Assembly (NCBI RefSeq): GCF_964355755.1
Contig: NC_092670.1
Location: 33,282,388 to 33,346,387, forward strand
Origin: Antedon mediterranea
Taxonomy: Eukaryota > Animalia > Echinodermata
Direction: 5' to 3'
DNA length: 64,000 nucleotides
The position numbers and the translations under genes are program-made. The stretch's first letter is position 1, and each line of letters opens with the position of its first letter. The notes beneath the pieces were generated by a model. That model was not told where the DNA came from, searched no databases, and saw nothing but the letters and a program-made list of their open reading frames with translations. Shown in pieces: positions 52,301-64,000 of the stretch.

Positions 52301-55300
52301 AAAAACCAAACAACATGAAATTATAATTTCATAATAACATATTTAAACCAAATTAATGTAAATAATTTTGTACTTGAGTATTGTCATTTTAAAATTAAAC
52401 TACTGTAGGCCTACATCTTCTTCCTTTCAAACTCTTCCTTGACACATGACTTCCAGTTATTTTCACACAACATTTTAGTAAATGGAATTTGTCTCCTAAT
52501 ACGTTTTATAAAATGTTGATTAGTCTCCTGCAAAAGTGTATGCTTTCTCCTATCACATAGTTGACACACAGGCTTATGCGAAAAGCCATAAGGCTTACGC
52601 TCCGACATGTTTAGAGACATGTTGAGTATGCTAGCATACTTAGCAGTGATTGAGCTTTCTGCTTTGCTAGCTTCCTAACGAATGGACTCTGTTACTATGT
52701 AATTATTAGCTAATTATCACATTTTTTCAGAATCCAATGAGATAATAATGCTCTTCTTCAAAATCAAGGAATAATGCTTTTGAAGGACAAATACTTCTCT
52801 ACAGTAGTACATAATCTATGAGTCGATTATAATGAAGTAAATGAAATTGCTTTGTAAAGTGGAATTACTGTACACGGCGATCATTCTATAATTAGCATCT
52901 TAAAAGCATAATGGTGGTGAAAAAGTTTAAAATAAGACATTGATTGATAGTTTGAAAGATAATTTCATACCATGATGATACTAGATAGCAAATAAAAGCA
53001 TTTTAGAACAATTAGAATGTTAATGCATTTTGTAATTAGGTACAGCAAGATGTTTTAAATGTTAAACAGTTTCAAGTTCTGCTTGTGCATGTTAAGTCAC
53101 AAGTATCCAGGGTGGTAACGTGACGATTCGGTCCGGGACGATTCGGCCCGGGACTATTCGTCTCGGGACGATTCTGCCCTGAGACGATTCGGCACACTTA
53201 TATTTATCGGCTTTGATATGCATTTTATAAGCATAAAATAAGCTTTTTTCCCCAAACTTTAATGTCAGAGAGACGATAGGGTAGTACTACTAGGAGTAAA
53301 GATGCAATAAAGCAAACATTTTGAAAAATTGTCGAAAATGATCATTTTTTTGTCACGCGAATGACGTAAACAAGATTATATTATATTACTGTATATCAAC
53401 ATTTTCAATATCATTATCAATAAAATACGGATTGTTAAACACCTTTAAAAACTTGATAAATAGCAAAAAAAATTTATATGAATTTGGTCTAAAGTGAGAC
53501 GTTTCGGCCCACAAAGTGGGATGTTTTGGGCCGAATCATCCCACCAAAAGTTGGGCGAATAGTCCCGGGCCGAATCGTCTCAGGGCCGAATCGTCCTGGA
53601 ACCTCCAGGGTCATTACAGTATACTGTACTGTTGTGCTAAATAGAAAAAGCCAACTTTATTCCAAACAGCAATATTCAAAAAAGTGCTTACACAGTACTA
53701 CAGTTACGTATATTAAATTATCATTTATCATTACAACATTTTATTTACTAATAATTATAGAAATTATAACTATAGTGAATCTTTGTACTGTACAATAGTA
53801 TACTGATTTTTACTATGTCCAGATGACAAAAAATAGGCCTTAATGTCACATATAATACAAAATAACTTGTCCGTACTTTACATTACAGATACAGTATTGT
53901 TTGCCATTTAGTTGGTGAATTGGATTGATAATCCACTAACCCCTGAATATACAGTACATAAATATTATATTTGCCCACTACATAGTAGTGTATAAGATGA
54001 CATGATAATTAACTGAGGTTGGTCAAGCAAATACTGTGCATTAAAATATGACGTCAAGTGAATGAATGAATTATAGCACCAATTCATGCATACACAACAT
54101 AATTTATCCGCAGGAAATCAATGCAAAAAATCAATTACATATTTCTGTAGGTAGGTTAAATATCAATGTTAAACCAACAACACACTGTAGTGTTAAAGAT
54201 CCATTATACAGTAGTTTTTTTTAAAGTAATTACAATAATCTTAAATTTCAAAAGTATATTCATTTTTGTTGTTGTCTTTACATTTATTTCTTCTTCTTTT
54301 GTCTTTTGTTGTTTTATTTTTTGGCTTACATCATGTACTTATGCTCTGTCTACACTATCAAACTAGTGTGCAAAATGTGCCCAAATATCATATGATATAG
54401 TGATACAGTATGACATCATCATGTCCATATGGGCACATCACATATTTTTAATCACATACTGTATTCTGTTAAAAACTGTTCCAGGTATAAAAATATTTCA
54501 ATGCAATGAGATCTAACCAGGCCAACTACTAATGTATACTTATGATGGCCATCACAGGTTTAGGCTTGTATTTATTCGCTATGCATACACATTTTACAGT
54601 ATTGATGCAGATAACAATTGCATACATTAGGAGGCTTTAATAGTAAAAATGTATTCAACAAATGCACATAATTCATGGTTATTTTAACCAAAACTGAATA
54701 CCATATTATCAAGGCTTAAAAGTTAGTACTCTATTCCTACTGGCTAGTATCTAAAAGTAGGTCCTAGATCAGGTTGTGTAAAGGCTTCAAGTCTTATCTT
54801 TGTTTGCCAGTCAAATGCAGTAAATCGTGGTAAAGTTGACAGTGGAAATTACGCTTCAATTACTGTAATGTGTAGGTGTAAGTGAATTGTGCCCCCCTTT
54901 ATCTAATTACACACACCATTCAAAAGTCTGATTTGTTTACGTTTCAGTGTTTAACAAATAATGAAACGTGATGCGTCCAGGCAACCTTCTCAATTATCTT
55001 AAGCAGACCATTACGTAGGCAATTATTATGAAGTGCGAAATGGTATTGCTAATGTTATGTACTACTACTGTATGAAATTGAACTTGAAACATAAGGGCAA
55101 TCACAGGCCTCTTGTCTTTTGATAATTTGCATATATAATGTGTGCTAAAAATTGCATTCAAGAGGGGTCCTCCTAAATACAAAGCCCTACCAAGTCATAT
55201 CAATTATAACCAAGCCCTAGCAGTATAAAGTGTACAAATTTACATTATACAGAATATAATATTTATAGTGTTACTGTTAATTGCATTTTCATCAAAAAAT

Positions 55301-57628
55301 CATATTTTTTAGGCGATTTTGGTGTAAAAAATGTGAAACAATCAATTATCCCCATGAATGTACAATGCGCTAATAATGCGTGATTGCATCAACTAGTAGT
55401 ACATAGTATGTTTGCGTTGACATACAGTATGATGGAAAATCTAATGTTGACACTAATTATTAAAATTAAAACACTCAAAATATATTCTATGTTGTATAAA
55501 TTCATACTGGATGGCTTTGATAATTTATACTGTAAAAGGCCTGGTCTTTTTTAAATTGTACTGTAGTACTGGTACTGGTTCAAATAACCGTCTCACAGAG
55601 ACATCTGGTAGCCATTGACTTGAAGTTAGCATTTGGATGTGTTACTTTTAAATGTACAGTATGAGAGTGACTACAGTATTACCAAATTGCACAGTCACAA
55701 AACAACTTATAAAACAGTTCATATAGGTGTGCTACAAACTACACTCCTCAATACATTCAGTGGTGCTGTGGGTGTGCCGTTTGTTTGGTGTGTAGAAGTT
55801 TACCAAATTTAAGTGTGTTGTAAATCGCACTCCACAAGGGCAGTTTAGGAATGTGTTAGGTATAGTAAGTGATCGCACTCGCTCACCTCAAAAGAAAAGA
55901 CCTGTTGTAGGACTTGGTAGGGCTTGGTATTTAAGAGGACCCTTCAGGAGTGTTGTAAGTGTTTTGTTTGATTAGTGTGTAGAAGTTAAATCGCACACCG
56001 CAAGAGCATGTTAGGAGTTTGGTAGGTCCTAAATCATTGTTCCAAAGCGTTTGTGAAGTCCTACAGTAGTGCAGCTCTGATTGAATTATTTAAATAAATT
56101 ATTTTTAGCCATTACTATTGTTCCAATGCTAATTAGTTGACGCAATTAATTTAAGAATGAAGCCATACAATTACAGTAGAATTTAAAAATGTCTCAGAAT
56201 TATTCAAATACTATAAGTAGTTAAAAAAACCTTAACAAACATGCTTTCCAACAGGGGGTTCAAATGTTTGGCAAAAAGGAACATGCGAAAAATGATTGTA
56301 TGCGTGCACTTATAAATATCCATGGGTCATTTCATCTCCCCCCAAAAATCCTACCTCCTTCAATTTTCCTGTAACTTTGTGTACTGTATGATGATAGCGA
56401 GTACATTTTAATGTTATCGGACTAGCAGTTTTCAAGATATTGCAATTTAAATTTGTCCTTGAAGTTGACACGTTGAGCTACGTAATGCGCTACTCACTTC
56501 CCTTCCTACATGTTAAATGTACACTGAAATCATTAACATTAATAAAACCATGTTTGTAAAATTTTGTGAAATATATTTAAAACAGGAACAGGAAAGGAAA
56601 AGTCGGTTTACCATGACAATGGTGGCAAATTCGTCTGCCAATATCTAAGGAAGGCACCTCAACCTCACTCCTCCCCAATCTAATCTACAAATGTAACTAG
56701 TAAGCAAAGACGATGTGATAGAGAGTGGAAACCAACCAAAAATCTGAATCTGGAGTCTCTGAACTAGGTACAGTAGGTAGGCCTAGGCAAGTAGAACTTA
56801 CAAGATAGTTATGCACTTGTCAATTGTATGACCCACTATACGACCTCCGGGAGAGGTGCGTCATTTGTCCGATGTGCGTCATACTTTTGAATACCATGAC
56901 GCACCCGTGCGTCAAAAAGGTGACTTACCTTTAGGTGACCATGACGCACCCATTTTGACGCAATGTGACCATGTTGTTTATGATATGGTGGGTGGTAAAG
57001 TGACGGACATTGACACACCTTGTTCATTGATGTGACGTACCATCTAGGTTTTTTGACGCACCCCTGCGTCAGTAATTATTTGTAAATGACGCACCCATGA
57101 CGCACCTCTCCCGGGGGTCGTATGTATAGTGGGTCATACAATTGACAAGTGCATTAGTACGTAGGTAGCACACGTCACTGACTGACTGTACAGTAGCAGA
57201 CAGACGTTCCATCATAATTTATTATTATAAATATAAAAAAAACTCAAGAAATAATGAATTGAATGAACGATTTCATCTGTCACTTTCTAGTTAGGCCCTA
57301 GGCCTAATTAATAATTAAATAATGTATTATAATATACTTATACTAGGCCTATCTACTCAGTACTAAGCGTACATTATATAGGCTAGGCTAGGCCTAGCCT
57401 TAGTTATCAGGCCTAGCTTATACTCCTATTGTAGGCTGCTAGGCCTAGTATACTAGGCCTATAGGCCTAGCTAGGCCTAGGACAACAAGGGCAAGATTCA
57501 AGAAGAAGGTAGGCCTAACGCGTTTTCAGTAAAACATTAAACAACAAAATTAAAAAGCTAGCCTAGCAGTATCTCATCTCGTATTTATGACAGATATAAT
57601 TGTCTTACCCTGGGTCTGCATGCGACAT
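37368..57628 (-). CDS. ERICH3: Glutamate-rich protein 3 (ERICH3) with an apparent C-terminal RNI-like LRR domain, ~1324 aa
   Basis: MSHADPGPLSSYNSLQDKHLAGYFNNTRMRRHL matches the ERICH3 N-terminus; QQHCGGENL and SRRHRGYPF...CCEYKYK match DUF4590. Phase-consistent exons: 57609-57628, 51964-52255, 51312-51470, 48764-48862, 47904-48107, 47319-47526, 46830-47016, 46268-46476, 40842-40970, 39767-40624, 38909-39547, 38450-38787, 38201-38298, 37368-37902. Confidence 0.85.
40200..40415 (-). repeat. Coding tandem repeat (27 bp / 9 aa, (T/A)SDRES(V/I)KE, ~7 copies) in the ERICH3 acidic region
   Basis: CTTTCTCTATCAGA recurs every 27 bp. Confidence 0.9.
44185..46253. mobile_element. ~2.07-kb non-autonomous Tc1/mariner(pogo)-like DNA transposon
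   Basis: TA|CAGTACAGGACAGAATTATTGCA ... TGCAATAATTCTGTCCGGTACTG|TA; CAACGC/GCGTTG subterminal and internal repeats; no transposase ORF. Confidence 0.85.
48178..48285. mobile_element. AAGCTCTGTCTACAC MITE, copy 5
   Basis: TAAAGCTCTATCTACACTAT plus the shared core. Confidence 0.65.
49134..49500 (+). mobile_element. tRNA-derived SINE family 2, copy 2, with a tandem-duplicated body
   Basis: Same tRNA-like head as 18455; ~150-bp body repeated at ~49203-49353 and ~49353-49500. Confidence 0.8.
50118..51036 (+). mobile_element. 5'-truncated Rex1/Babar-like LINE relic
   Basis: PQGTV..P.LYSLYTAD...KFADDT...FCDDNYLQINASKTKEMIIDFR...YKYLG; frameshift near 50595; AATAAA followed by a (TTATC)n tail. Confidence 0.85.
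53114..53603. mobile_element. 490-bp non-autonomous DNA transposon with an 8-bp TSD and 15-bp subterminal repeats
   Basis: TCCAGGGT is duplicated at 53106-53113 and 53604-53611; (GGGACGATTCGGCCC)n at the left end is inverted at the right end. Confidence 0.85.
54342..54445. mobile_element. AAGCTCTGTCTACAC MITE, copy 6 (partial)
   Basis: GCTCTGTCTACACTATCAAAC...GACATCATCATGTCCATATGGGCACATCAC. Confidence 0.65.
56812..57153. mobile_element. PIF/Harbinger-like MITE (TTA TSD, ~50-bp TIR)
   Basis: TTA|TGCACTTGTCAATTGTATGACCCACTATAC ... GTATAGTGGGTCATACAATTGACAAGTGCA|TTA. Confidence 0.88.
57286..57568. repeat. TAGGCCTA-rich tract in the first intron of ERICH3
   Basis: Dense TAGGCCTA/CTAG motifs just inside the exon-1 donor. 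Confidence 0.8.
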
Positions 57629-58092
57629 TATATAACTTAATTACAACATATACATATAGAAAAGAGTGATTTTAATCACGTCGATCGCACTCTCACAAAC
57701 GCACCCAAACAGCCTTTCAGTTTATTTTTCTCGGTTGTCAAAACGTTGTTAGGCCAGGTCAAAGGGTAAAATAACATTACGTTTTATTTTGTAGGTACAA
57801 ATTTAATTTGTTTGTCCATAATAAAAATTTTCATTACGAATTTTAAATTTTACTTTGAGTTAAAAATATTTATTAAAAATTCAGCAATATAAGTATCTTG
57901 TTTTAAATGACATCATATATAAATATGTTCATTTTCTTGGCTTATTAAAATAGCAGCCAGCTTTTTGTCGTGGTTTTGTTTGCATATAGCGAAAGGGCAG
58001 GGGTCACGCCAAAGAATATAATTCTTTGGTCACGCGCGAAAAAACACCGGAAGTGTTGAAGTTTACACCACCTGACGAAAAAACGTCGTGTG
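57629..58092. promoter_or_regulatory. Divergent (head-to-head) promoter region of ERICH3 and SLC22A18
   Basis: Opposite-facing ATGs at 57628 and 59000; ETS-type CCGGAAGT at 58048-58055. Confidence 0.55.
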
Positions 58093-58901
58093 TGTTATGC
58101 GCGATTTGAACGATTTGCGCAATTTGAAATTGCGCAAAAAAAATCCTTGCGCAATTTGAATTGAAACATGTGTTTCAAATTGCGCAAGCAACGTATTAAA
58201 TTGCGCAAGTAATCTGCAAATTGCGCAAGGTTTTTCGACAGATTGTGAAATCATGCACACCCATATTTTTATAGTATTTAATTTCTAAGAATGATTCAAA
58301 ATTAAAGATAAATATCGCATTTCCTTATTTTAGTAGTGCAAATATTGTTATAAGTTAGCATACCGTCGAAGAACCGACGAAGGAAAACGAAGCGGTGGTG
58401 TTCCACCAGGCGGGCGCGGCGCGGGCGGCCGGCTATACTAGGCCTACTCTAGCCTAGCTAGGGTCTGGACTACTGATACTGACTAGGTTACATGGCCTAG
58501 CTTAAACTAATATTAAAAACTTAAAAAGTGAGTATTAAACATTATCTTCATTGAAATGGTCTTATTTATATAATAAAATACTAAATTTTAAACTCCTCTG
58601 CCTAGGCCTAGCCTAGCCATGTATGGGAAAATTTACAGTTCGTTTTCAAATTGCGCAAAGGTGTCATATTGCGCAAGAACTATCTTGCGCAATTTACAAA
58701 TTGTGCAGCGCAATTTAAAATTGCGCAAAGATTTTCTTGCGCAATTTGAAATTGCGCAAGTTGATTGCGCAATTTGAAATTGCGCAAAAAAATCCTTGCG
58801 CAATTTTAAATTGCGCAAGAATTCTTTGCGCAATTTCAAATTGCGCAAGGATTTTTTTGCGCAATTTCAAATTGCGCAAATCGTTCAAATCGCGCATAAC
58901 A
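58093..58901. mobile_element. Ginger-like non-autonomous transposon (TGT...ACA ends, 4-bp TSD) rich in TTGCGCAA palindromes
   Basis: TGTG|TGTTATGCGCGATTTGAACGATTTGCGCAA ... TTGCGCAAATCGTTCAAATCGCGCATAACA|TGTG; ~60-bp TIR. Confidence 0.85.
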
Positions 58902-58999
58902 TGTGTTTTAAACCAAAAGAAATATCCGGTACCTAGGCCTAGGGCCTAGAGTTAAAAAATAGTTTTCATTGATTGACTTGCATGATGCTATAATAAAAA

Positions 59000-61900
59000 A
59001 TGAAGTTGCGATCCCATAAAATGCTTTCAAATCAGTTAAATCCTAGTGATTCCCAAGCTAGGCCAAACACGGAAGAGGAAGCAACGACGAAGACAGATAC
59101 CGATGATGATAATCAGGCCACACTGCCACGTTTGATGGATGGTGACAGTAGCACAGATGGGCCTAGACTCAGAAAAACTAGACAGTGGGCCTATCTAGAT
59201 ATGGACGTGATAAAAGTCGTCCACGTTAACCTGTTTTTATATTCAACATGTTTTTCGATTCAAACAGGTGTTCTGCCGGTGAGAAATTAATTATATTTAA
59301 TTTTATTATTAATTAATATAAAAAACAAGTATTTTATTTTGCTAGGCCTACTAGAGGCTAGGCTATGTATGGCTACTTTAATTATTTATGCTCTTTATTA
59401 TTCAAAAATATAATAAATTGTTTATTTTGTTATTAGTTATAAATAATGTGAATGTAAATTCTTTTTTCAGTACCTTACTCGGTCATTGAACCTAGACACT
59501 GTTCAGTTTGGCTACCTCCAAACGACGTTTTATCTTGTACAATTAATAGGTGGTCCTTTGTATGGCCGATTCGCAGATGTACACGGCAGTCGTATTGCAA
59601 TGCTTCTCGCATTTTCATCTGCAGCTCTTATGTATGGAATTCTTGGAGCTGCTACTTCAGCATTTGGCGTCTTTTTATCAAGGCTACCATCGTTGTTTCT
59701 TCATGCATTTCATGGTTTGTAATTGTTCTCAAATGTGTTGGACAAGTATTTAATAATAAACCCCTAAGAAGTCAGCTTTAAAACAATAACATGCTATTTT
59801 AAAACTTGTGTAACTTTTAAACTACTAACTCTTACTTTTAAAGCTAACAAATAGAGTGTATTTTAATGTTTAGACACCTTACCTTTGAAATCTTTTATAT
59901 TTTAATGTTCACCAATCTTTGTTCACAAAATCTGTTGACAAAATCATTTTAATCATGATAATTAGTTAAAATAGAAATTAAAAATAACTTAAAATATAAA
60001 TAATCATTAAAAAATATGATGTATTCTAATGATTTAATAAAATGTTAATTAATTTTTTTTTTTTTTTTTTTAAAGCTTCACAAATAGTTATTGTTGACGT
60101 GACTGAACCATCAAAACGAGCTGCTGCTTTAGGTCGCATGTCATTATCATACGGACTAGGAAGAGTGATTGGTCCGTTAATTGGAGGCCAAGTTGCAAGC
60201 AGATTCAGGTATACAATAAGTTCATACTCTACTAGAAATTATTTTTAAAATATCGCAGTGGCATAGCGCAATGGCCTGAAGGAATTTAGTGGCCCTCCAA
60301 CGCTGGTGGTCTCGGGCGTTTTTTAGCCTTTTTCGACATATTTTAATGTCTTTTTCCCCTGGGGACTGCTCAGGGGCCCAAATAAGCTCTGGGGCCCCTG
60401 TGTTTAGCCAGTGAGCACAGCCTTTACGCCACTGTATCTAAATTACAGACAATTATGACACAGACGTACAGTAGAACCCCTTTCTTGAAACAGCCTTGTT
60501 CTGTGGACACTTTCCTCTGAAACAAAGAAAGAACAGTCAGTACCTTGTATATGTTTTAACCCTTTTATTAAGCAGACACTTTCTTATTCCCGAATGTGTC
60601 TCCATAATAGGGGTTTTACAATAATTTAGTTAGTACTGGAATTGATCAATGTTTTAAATCCAAATTACAACCATACTTACAGTAGAAGTGGTGCCCTCCT
60701 GTGTGACGGCCCTATTCAGGAGACAGACACCACTATAAGGTGACACTTTCCCATGAAACGAAAGACAGCAATATAAGTTTTAACACCACAGCCAACCACT
60801 ATTCTGGAGAAATTTTTCTGTAAAACAAACCAGCGACAAAAATGTGTTTTATCTTCATGATCCCTGTTCAAGCGACATCCCTATTAACGGGTCTTTCACA
60901 CCTGTTCCGGTCCGGCGAATCGAACATCAATGTTTCGTTTTCACGTGGTTATGTGCCAATCGATATGCGCGTAGCCGCGTGAAAACGAAACATTGACGTT
61001 CGATTGGATTTTCCGGCGCCGGACTGGAACCGTGCCGGAACAGGTGTGAAAGACCCTTTAGACCGGACACTTGGTTTGGGGTTCTACTGAATGAAGATCT
61101 GCTGTGCCATAATTGCCATCATCATTTTTACCTTCTTGTACCAAATTACCAAAAGCATTATTATTTTTCTTTACAATCTTTTGTTTTCTTAAATTTTTTT
61201 TTGTATAGTGAACAGTCAAGTGCCTTTGTTGCGTGTGGAGGTTCTTTACTAAGTGTTTTAATCATCCTAAAATTCATTCCAAAAAACACAAAAACCTCTG
61301 GTGCTAAAGATGCTAGTGGAGGTGATTATAAATTTGTTTACAGATTTGTGCCATGCTGTAGTGTTCGTTGAACACTTGTAGAAAATTATATTATGTTGTC
61401 TATGTTATTATTATGTTGGTAATTTATCCTTTTATTATATGTATATGACGACCGTGATGGTCTTGTAACAGGTCATCTCTCAACAGGTCAACCAAATGAT
61501 ATTTTTGTTGTCTTATAATTGTTTTGTATATATTTGTGTCGAATAAATATTGAATTGAAATTAAATTATCGAGAAGTTTTAGTTGATTCGATGGCAGCTA
61601 AGTTACAGTATCAGACAAAATAATTTAACACTTGATTTACTCAAATTTAAACAGCTGTTTATTAAATAAAGTGCGAAATACTCGAGCATATGCCTTTATA
61701 TATTTATTTATCTGGCAATTAAACATTAAGCAAATTGCATGCTTGAATTTATTGATTGTTCTACTCCATTTAAACATTAAAATACTGATTCAAGTTTGTT
61801 TTTTAATTAGGTCAATGCACTGTGTATACTATTATTTTCCTCCATTGTGGATATATTGTTGTTCTGATTTACTCTTCTTGTTTTACAGCTACTCCAATCT

Positions 61901-63583
61901 TTAATTGAATTCTTTTCATATTTTTAGAAACCAAGTCTTCCGAAGGAATTTTCAACATCTCCAAGATAACTTCCATTCTCACCAAATCTCCAGGAGCAAT
62001 ATTCTTCATTTTCTTTATGATGATTGCTGGTGCACCAAGTTACTTGTTTGAAGGCATGTTGTCAGTCATCACTATGGAAACATTTAAATTAACCCCAGAT
62101 CAGACGGGTTTCATACTTTCATTTTCAGGAGTGATTTCAATGGTAAAGTTTTACAACAATAACATCACACATTACATTATAAGTTAAGATTGGTTAGTTG
62201 AGTTTTATGGAGGTTGACGAAATTAAACTGTATAAAGCTTCACTAAACTATATAGTGTGCTATAACTTGTTTTAAATTCATCCAAACATAAGGGGTAGTC
62301 AGTATATCTAGTAAACCTTGAGTATTCCAGGCGTTTTTTTAAAGCATAGCATATGGCAATGGACAACTTTGCCATTGGTTAACCAAAATGGGCCTAGGAA
62401 AGAGCCTAAATGTATCACTTTTGGGAGACTTAAAAATTTTTTCTAGTTACAATCCAGTCTTTGAGAAAAAAACTATTACCATATTTATTCGAATAAAGGC
62501 ACCGGGACATTTATTCCAAATGATGTTGTGAGAGAGGCATTTATTCGAAGTGGAGGTAGGGAGACATTTTATTCAAAGCGGTGCATTTATTCTAATAAAT
62601 ATGGTAACTTTAAACTCGATTGTTGAAGCCTTACTGTGTTTCTTAATATCATTAGGGACAGAGAATAATCATATTGATGTGTATGAAAAAAAAAAGTAAC
62701 TTACACTGTTGCCATTAACATTCACTTAATTTGTTTACCTAGCTTGTTCAAGGCTTCGGTATTGGTATTCTGACAAAGAGGTACAGCGAAGCAGTCATTT
62801 TAAACGGGTCGATTATCACTCTACTTATTTCTTATTCATTTCTGGTAAGTTTACTTCTTTTTGGCCTACTAACATAAAAAACAAACGATAACCAATCTTG
62901 TCCAAATTATTCTACTACAGTAACTAAAAAAAAAGGATTTTTTTTTAGTGTCAAAGTTTAGGACAGTCACTGTAATCAACAGTGTATATGATATTAACAA
63001 CTTATGAGTAAACAAAGTGTATTTACTACAGTAGCTGTAGTACAATAATTATGACATTGGCTAAAACAATCACATAATTGCATTTATTATAATAGTTTAT
63101 AGGCTTGGAAGAACATATGTTAAGTTTGAGTTTTTATTTATATATGCCTGTAACAGATGGACCCTATGATGATGTTAAAATAGATAAAACATTTGTTACT
63201 GTATATTACAGAAGTACATTTAACAAGAATAATATTTGGTATATATATACTATATACAAGCAAGTTTTAAATACATGCTCAATAAAAAAATTAGGAAATT
63301 TTACCTAGATGTTCTTCAACATTAATTTTAATTGTCTTATATAAACACTTCTTGTGTACAGAAGCTAACCCTTTTCTGTAATTCCCTCTAAGGGAAAAAA
63401 TGGTTATATTTAATATAAAATTATATGCAATACAGGTTAATTAAAAATGTTCTGTTTTGCAGTGTTTCGTTTCAACCACAACTCATTTGATTGTGGTTCT
63501 TGTGCTAATAACGTGTGGTAATGGGGTCATAGGTACGGTACTTACGAGCTCACTAACAAAAACAGTTTCAGTAACAGATACAG
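59000..63583 (+). CDS. SLC22A18: Solute carrier family 22 member 18-like MFS transporter; continues past the right edge
   Basis: FLYSTCFSIQTGVLP|YLTRSL.LDTVQFGYLQTTF..VQLIGGPLYGRFAD..G.R, SRLP, RAAALGRM.LSYG.G..IGP match SLC22A18. Phase-consistent exons: 59000-59278, 59471-59714, 60076-60208, 61209-61321, 61928-62142, 62743-62844, 63463-63583. Confidence 0.85.
60256..60434. mobile_element. hAT-like MITE (CAGTGGC...GCCACTG ends)
   Basis: CAGTGGCATAGC ... TTTACGCCACTG with GGGGCCCC internal motifs. Confidence 0.55.
60888..61057. mobile_element. Palindromic Harbinger-like MITE nested in a Tigger/pogo-like MITE (~60680-61089)
   Basis: GGGTCTTTCACACCTGTTCCGG ... CCGGAACAGGTGTGAAAGACCC with a second internal IR; host element CAGTAGAA...TTCTACTG. 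Confidence 0.8.
62477..62606. mobile_element. Tigger/pogo-like MITE
   Basis: TACCATATTTATTCGAATAAA ... TTTATTCTAATAAATATGGTA. Confidence 0.7.
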
Positions 63584-64000
63584 GTAAGTTTTACACCTAA
63601 ATACAGTAAAACCTAATTTTAAACTCATGCATATTCATGTTTCCATCTCTGCAATGAATTCTAGTTCCTTGAGTTTTTCAATTCAGCAAAATTGGTAGAT
63701 CAAATTGTTTCTACTTTTGCAAAGTAAAAAATTGTGCAACCAATCAGAGCTCATGAAATGAGTTATGATGCGTTCATGAGCACTCATGCGAATTGAAAAG
63801 CTCAGTAGATACGCAGCCAACATGAAAATCGCAGTTCAGCTATTATTCTCGTGTAGTGAAAAGGGCAGCGTTAAATACATATATTTTTTTCTCTCTCTCT
63901 CTCTTCCGGTTTACCACCACTTTTATTCATTGTCATTTTCTCCACTTTGTCATTATTTATATATATATATATAAATTTATTTTTTTATTTATTATTATTA

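Noticed and set aside
58063-58949. Short ORFs with LRNLKLRK / AQFEIAQ repeats
   Set aside because: Translations of the TTGCGCAA palindrome array of a MITE.
23464-63583. Sulfotransferases plus SLC22A18 as a biosynthetic gene cluster
   Set aside because: They are 25 kb apart, separated by unrelated ERICH3, and SLC22A18 is a broadly conserved gene; adjacency alone is not evidence.

Overview
This is AT-rich, intron-containing eukaryotic (animal) DNA, most likely an invertebrate deuterostome such as an echinoderm. That taxon call is an inference from a Deu/Nin-domain SINE, the gene content and TAGGCCTA-rich tracts. Genes from left to right: the 5' ~1,690 codons of VPS13B (minus strand, 20 coding exons, running off the left edge); LRRC51 with an intronless CDS; three intact single-coding-exon sulfotransferase-like genes (Sulfotransfer_5 / 'BCAT-like N-terminal' type) in alternating orientation plus a 3' relic of a fourth; a 14-exon ERICH3 (minus) that appears to splice in frame onto a C-terminal RNI-type LRR domain; and, divergent from it, an SLC22A18-like MFS transporter (plus, running off the right edge). 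Non-coding DNA holds many non-autonomous DNA transposons with readable TIRs and TSDs (MULE-like, Ginger-like, Tc1/pogo-like, Harbinger-like, an 8-bp-TSD element, Helentron-like), two tRNA-derived SINE families, L2 and Rex1-like LINE relics, and minisatellites. The most notable observations are the diversifying sulfotransferase array, the ERICH3-LRR fusion, tiny P-element-like footprints at promoters, transposons inserted into core promoters, and TAGGCCTA tracts in first introns. All gene models were read by eye from GT-AG phase continuity; no database searches were run.
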